Shown here: piece after piece, positions 59,881-64,000 of the stretch
Layout: every line of letters starts with the position of its first letter
How positions within the stretch are numbered: position 1 is the first letter of the stretch
NCBI RefSeq assembly: GCF_006345805.1
Contig: NC_043009.1
Coordinates: forward strand, 55,056,001-55,120,000
DNA from: Octopus sinensis
Taxonomy: Eukaryota
Length of the DNA: 64,000 nt
Direction of reading: 5' to 3'
Notes under the pieces: generated by a model
The model's input: the letters and a program-made list of their open reading frames with translations, nothing else
What the model was told of the DNA's origin: nothing
The model's database searches: none
Position numbers and translations under genes: made by a program

Positions 59881-62800
59881 TGATGCAATAATTGAGAAGT
59901 GTTAAATATTAATATAAGGAGTTGTATCAATTGAACCGAAATTTTGAGGGGAGTTAACTGTGAATTTTAAAGATAAGAATAATGTAGTAGTGTGAATTAT
60001 TTTGTTGTATCTTGAATGGAAACTAGTGAATAGTTTTAAGAAATTTTATTCACTATAGGCATAGCTGGTTTTGAGTTCAGTCCCTTAGTGCCGCACCTTG
60101 GACGAGTGTCTTCTATAATAACCCTAGACTTACCTATGCCTGATGGGTGAATTTGGTAGATGGAAACTGGTTGCCCATCACTTATATGTGCTTGTGTCCT
60201 CCATCACTATTTGGTAATTAATGTTAGTTTGTTTACATTCTTTTAGTAGAGTAGCTTAACAAAAGGGACCAATAGAATATGTCAAGATAAGTACTGGCAT
60301 CAGTGTGTTCAACGGAAACCCTTCAAGGCAGTGCCCCGGCATGACTACCATCCAATGACTGAGACAAGTAAAAGATAAAGATTATACTATCTAACCATCC
60401 CAGTAAGCCAGATTATCTAAAAGCTACTTATGAACGATTCAGTTTGGAATTTAGGTGTAATTTACACTATCTGTTGTTGTTAAGTGTGAGATCTGTCTCA
60501 CATATTGTAATATATAACTGCTTCAACATGCTGAACAAAATTACTGAAATCTTCTCCAAGAGCCATCACAGTTTTATTCATTAAGGTTAGTAACGGTGGT
60601 AGGTATGTATACATCATTATCATCATCATCATTACCACAGCTACTTTTCCCTGCTGGTATGGGTTGCACAGTCTTTATTGAAGCAGATTTTCTATGGCCA
60701 CATGCCCTTACTGTCTCCAATCCTCGCCTGTTTCCAAGTAAGATAATATTTCACCATGACTGACACTCATTTACAATTATATGATGTGAAAGCAGAGAGA
60801 CAGTAACACACATATTTATGTATGTAATATATATTTATAAACGGACTGCCATACAGGTTTTGTCAACCAAAATACTCACAAGGGTATTCATTGGCCTAAA
60901 ACTATTGTAAAAGCCACTGCCCAAGTTGCTATGCTATGAGCTTGAACCCAAAACCATGTGGTTGGGAAGCAGACTTCTTATCACACAACCATGCTTTCAC
61001 CTATCATTAATTTAATTTGGTTTTTAAAGGATCGGGCTGCTCCCACTTTTTAATTTTTGTCAAGCAATTGAAAAAAGAGTCAGTTTAAAATACTGTCAGT
61101 GGTGAAAAGGTCCAGTGTGTAAATCTGGTCCATCGCAGCATTGAATAAATTTCTCTGGGATAAAATACAAACCATTAGTATTGTTCTTAGAAGAGCTTTG
61201 TGCTTACAACCCACCCTTCAGCTAAAGTAGAATTGACTTTATAGCTTACTTAGATATCCCTGAAAAATTGTTACGGATATCAACTTGTAAAATCAGAGCT
61301 TGTAGCATGGTTCTTTCCTAAAATTGCCGTTTTTTCATAAATGTTTGTAAGTCATAAAAGTAAATGGAATTTATCATTATATTTCTTTATTCTATGAAAA
61401 GAAAAAGAAAACTTTAAACTGAAAGTTCTTGCATTACTAAAAATATTAGGAGCCTAGTACCCCATTCTTCCCTTTTTGCTTTTTCAATTTCAAGTTAGAA
61501 AGTTATACCATTAGAATTAATCTAAGCTGAAATATTTGCGACATTTGTGCTTACTAAATTCACCCATGATATAACTTCATTATTACTAACATTAGTAACT
61601 AGAATTTTGAGTAGCTTTACTGAAAGCTACCTTTCAATGGGCTTAAATAATATTTTTCTGCAAATGATTTTAAAAAAATTTTTATTTTACAAATTTTGGA
61701 TTTTCTTTTAGCTTTTAAATTAATACCATATGTATGTTAAAATTTTAATCCATTTTCATTCAATATTTTTTCGAATATGTAACTTTCATCCCATAACTGA
61801 AATTTATTTAATTTTTCGTTTTTTTTTTTAATTGCCAGTTGTCTCCCTTGTCATTTTCATTTATTTATTTTTAACATTTTCAAGACATTTTTGTACCATT
61901 TTTATTTATTTATTTGTTTGTTTTTTTTTTTCTGTTAATTTAGTTTTTGTCTGAAATACCAACTCATAATGTTTACTCATATACATCGTTAAATAAATTA
62001 CAAATGATAATATTTTTTAAATCCTCAAAGACAGACGAACTAATAAAGCTTAATCCCCACCACCCGCTTCGCCTCTCCCTTTCTGCCCATCACAACATAT
62101 TAACCCTTTGAAATATTGTTTAATAGATATTTTAGCTATTCATAGCTTGTTTGTATTTTTTTTTTTTAAATCTGTTTTGCAGGTTGAAAATATTAAATTC
62201 CTGTGAAATTTTGGTCATGAGAGAACCGTCATTGTTCTTTAATGCAGTGTGTGTTCTCTTGTGGCCTTTTGACTTCTAGTGCAAGTGAGTTTCTTATTCT
62301 AGTTTGGGTTGATTATCTTATTAAGTAAACTTAATTTAATTAAGGATTTTTTTCTTTTCCCCTTCCCTACTCCTTCCTTTCTGTGTGCGCCTGATTAAAT
62401 AAAATATTTATATATGTGTGTATATATATATTTATATCTATAGAGTATGGAAATTTTGCTTCAATCTTCATCTTAATTCTTTTCCCAGTTAGAAATTTTT
62501 AAGTTGATTAAAATTTGAAATTTTAGTTTTTGTAAACTGAAATGGGGAGAGTGATGAAATGAATAAAAACATTTTAAAAAATACAGTAAGAAGTTGAATT
62601 AAATTCAGTTAAAAAAAAAAAGGTATAAACATATCTTTTACTTGTTGCAGTCATTGGACTGTGGCACTGTTTTGAAGGGTTTAGTCAAACAAATTGATGC
62701 CAGTACTTCTTTTTAAGTCTGGTACTTATTCTATCAATCTCTTTTGTCAAACCACTAAGTCATGAAGATGTAAACAAACCAACATCGGTTATCAGGTTGT

Positions 62801-64000
62801 TGTGGGGAGGGGACAAACACAACACAAAAACACACACACACATATATATACATGACAGGCTTCCTTTCAGTTTCCGCCTGCCAAATTTACTCACAAGGCA
62901 TTGGTCAGCTCAGCAGAAGATACTTGCCCAAGGTGCTGCACAATGGGACTAAACCTATAACCAACCATATGGTTGTAAAACGAGCTTCTTAACTCCATAA
63001 CGAAGATATTCTAAATGTGAGAAGCAAAAAATTATTTCAGATTCCTTTCCTTTTTTCCTCTACTTAATTTCGGTTTATGAAAACAAAATCCCAGTTGTAA
63101 CCTCTTGAAATTTCAGTCTGGTGGAAGGAAGATGATTTCCATCTCTTATATATATATACACATACATACATATATAAATATATAATATGTATAATACATT
63201 CGATAGTTTTCTAAGGTTAGAATTAATTGTTCTTATAATCTTGCTCTTCTCTCTACAGTCATAGTGCTTCTTTGTTACAGCATGTGTGACATACCCGTTT
63301 TCAACAGACCCTATCTTTCTTCTAAACTCCAAAAAAGATTTCTTTCTAGACTCAACCATTTGATTTACTTACTTCTGAATACACCTTGAGCTATCTTTCT
63401 TTTTGGTACTCTACTCATCAACTCCCTTACCTGTGTGACCAATCTCTTTTCTTCTGGTTTGAAACTTCGGCTCTGTATTCATTGGAATGTATCTGATGTT
63501 TCTGGCAATAAACAAGTTTAGAAACAGTAATATAACATATTACTACTTAACAAATTTTCCTATCCAGTTGGCTGGGTAACATTATTTTAAACATATCTTA
63601 TAAATGAAAGGTTGTGTTTGCAAATAATTCCGTGGCCTGCTAGCAATTCTCTTTTCTATTTTGAGTGTGCTTAAGATTGCCAAACAATAATTATACAAAT
63701 TTAAGATGTCTTTTTTTTTTTTAAAAAGAAAAAGGACATTTTGTTTGTTTTCTAAAAGACTTAAACAATAATAAATTATAATTATAGTATTTAATATTAC
63801 TTTCTCTGTGATTACCAGTCTATTCTGCACTGGCTGTCATGCATGTTGCTTTCATTGGTTTTCATAAAATTTGCATGTCCTGGAATGCTGGATAAAATGC
63901 AATAATTGAAAAAAGAAAAAAAATGCTTGATCTATGACTAGTTTGTAGAGATTGTTTAATTTCAATATTATTGTCATATCATATATAACAAAGCTAAAAC

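Noticed and set aside
61205-61265. Two adjacent minus-strand micro-exon look-alikes (10 and 14 nt)
   Set aside because: The intervening intron would be only 28 nt, and the merged exon is closed in all frames
1-64000. The many other 60-110 aa ORFs in the supplied track
   Set aside because: They are intronic chance ORFs or SINE/LINE-tail translations with no motif or splice support

Overview
AT-rich, intron-rich animal genomic DNA, most likely Octopus (inferred from the repeat families and their (GAT)n tails, not from a database search). One protein-coding gene is well supported: nucleoporin NUP58/NUPL1 (p58/p45) on the + strand. It has 13 exons that splice in a continuous frame from 11679 to 55194. 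A probable 5-nt first coding exon lies at 1523-1527. The terminal exon could not be identified. The introns are filled with mobile DNA: a young, 5'-truncated RTE-clade LINE (50931-53661, minus) whose reverse transcriptase carries an inserted C4HC3 PHD finger, many short 3'-end copies of that LINE, three tRNA-type SINE families, TTAA-flanked piggyBac-like MITEs, decayed Tc1 (DD34E), maT (DD37D) and mariner remnants, a decayed CR1/L2-type LINE, and long microsatellites. No rRNA, genuine tRNA gene or CRISPR array is supported. The best leads are the PHD finger inside the RT, a pre-miRNA-like intronic hairpin (57068-57146), a long foldback insertion with a 15-bp direct repeat, the modular phase-1 FG exons of NUP58 with apparent compensated frameshifts, and an inverted repeat pair bracketing one FG exon.
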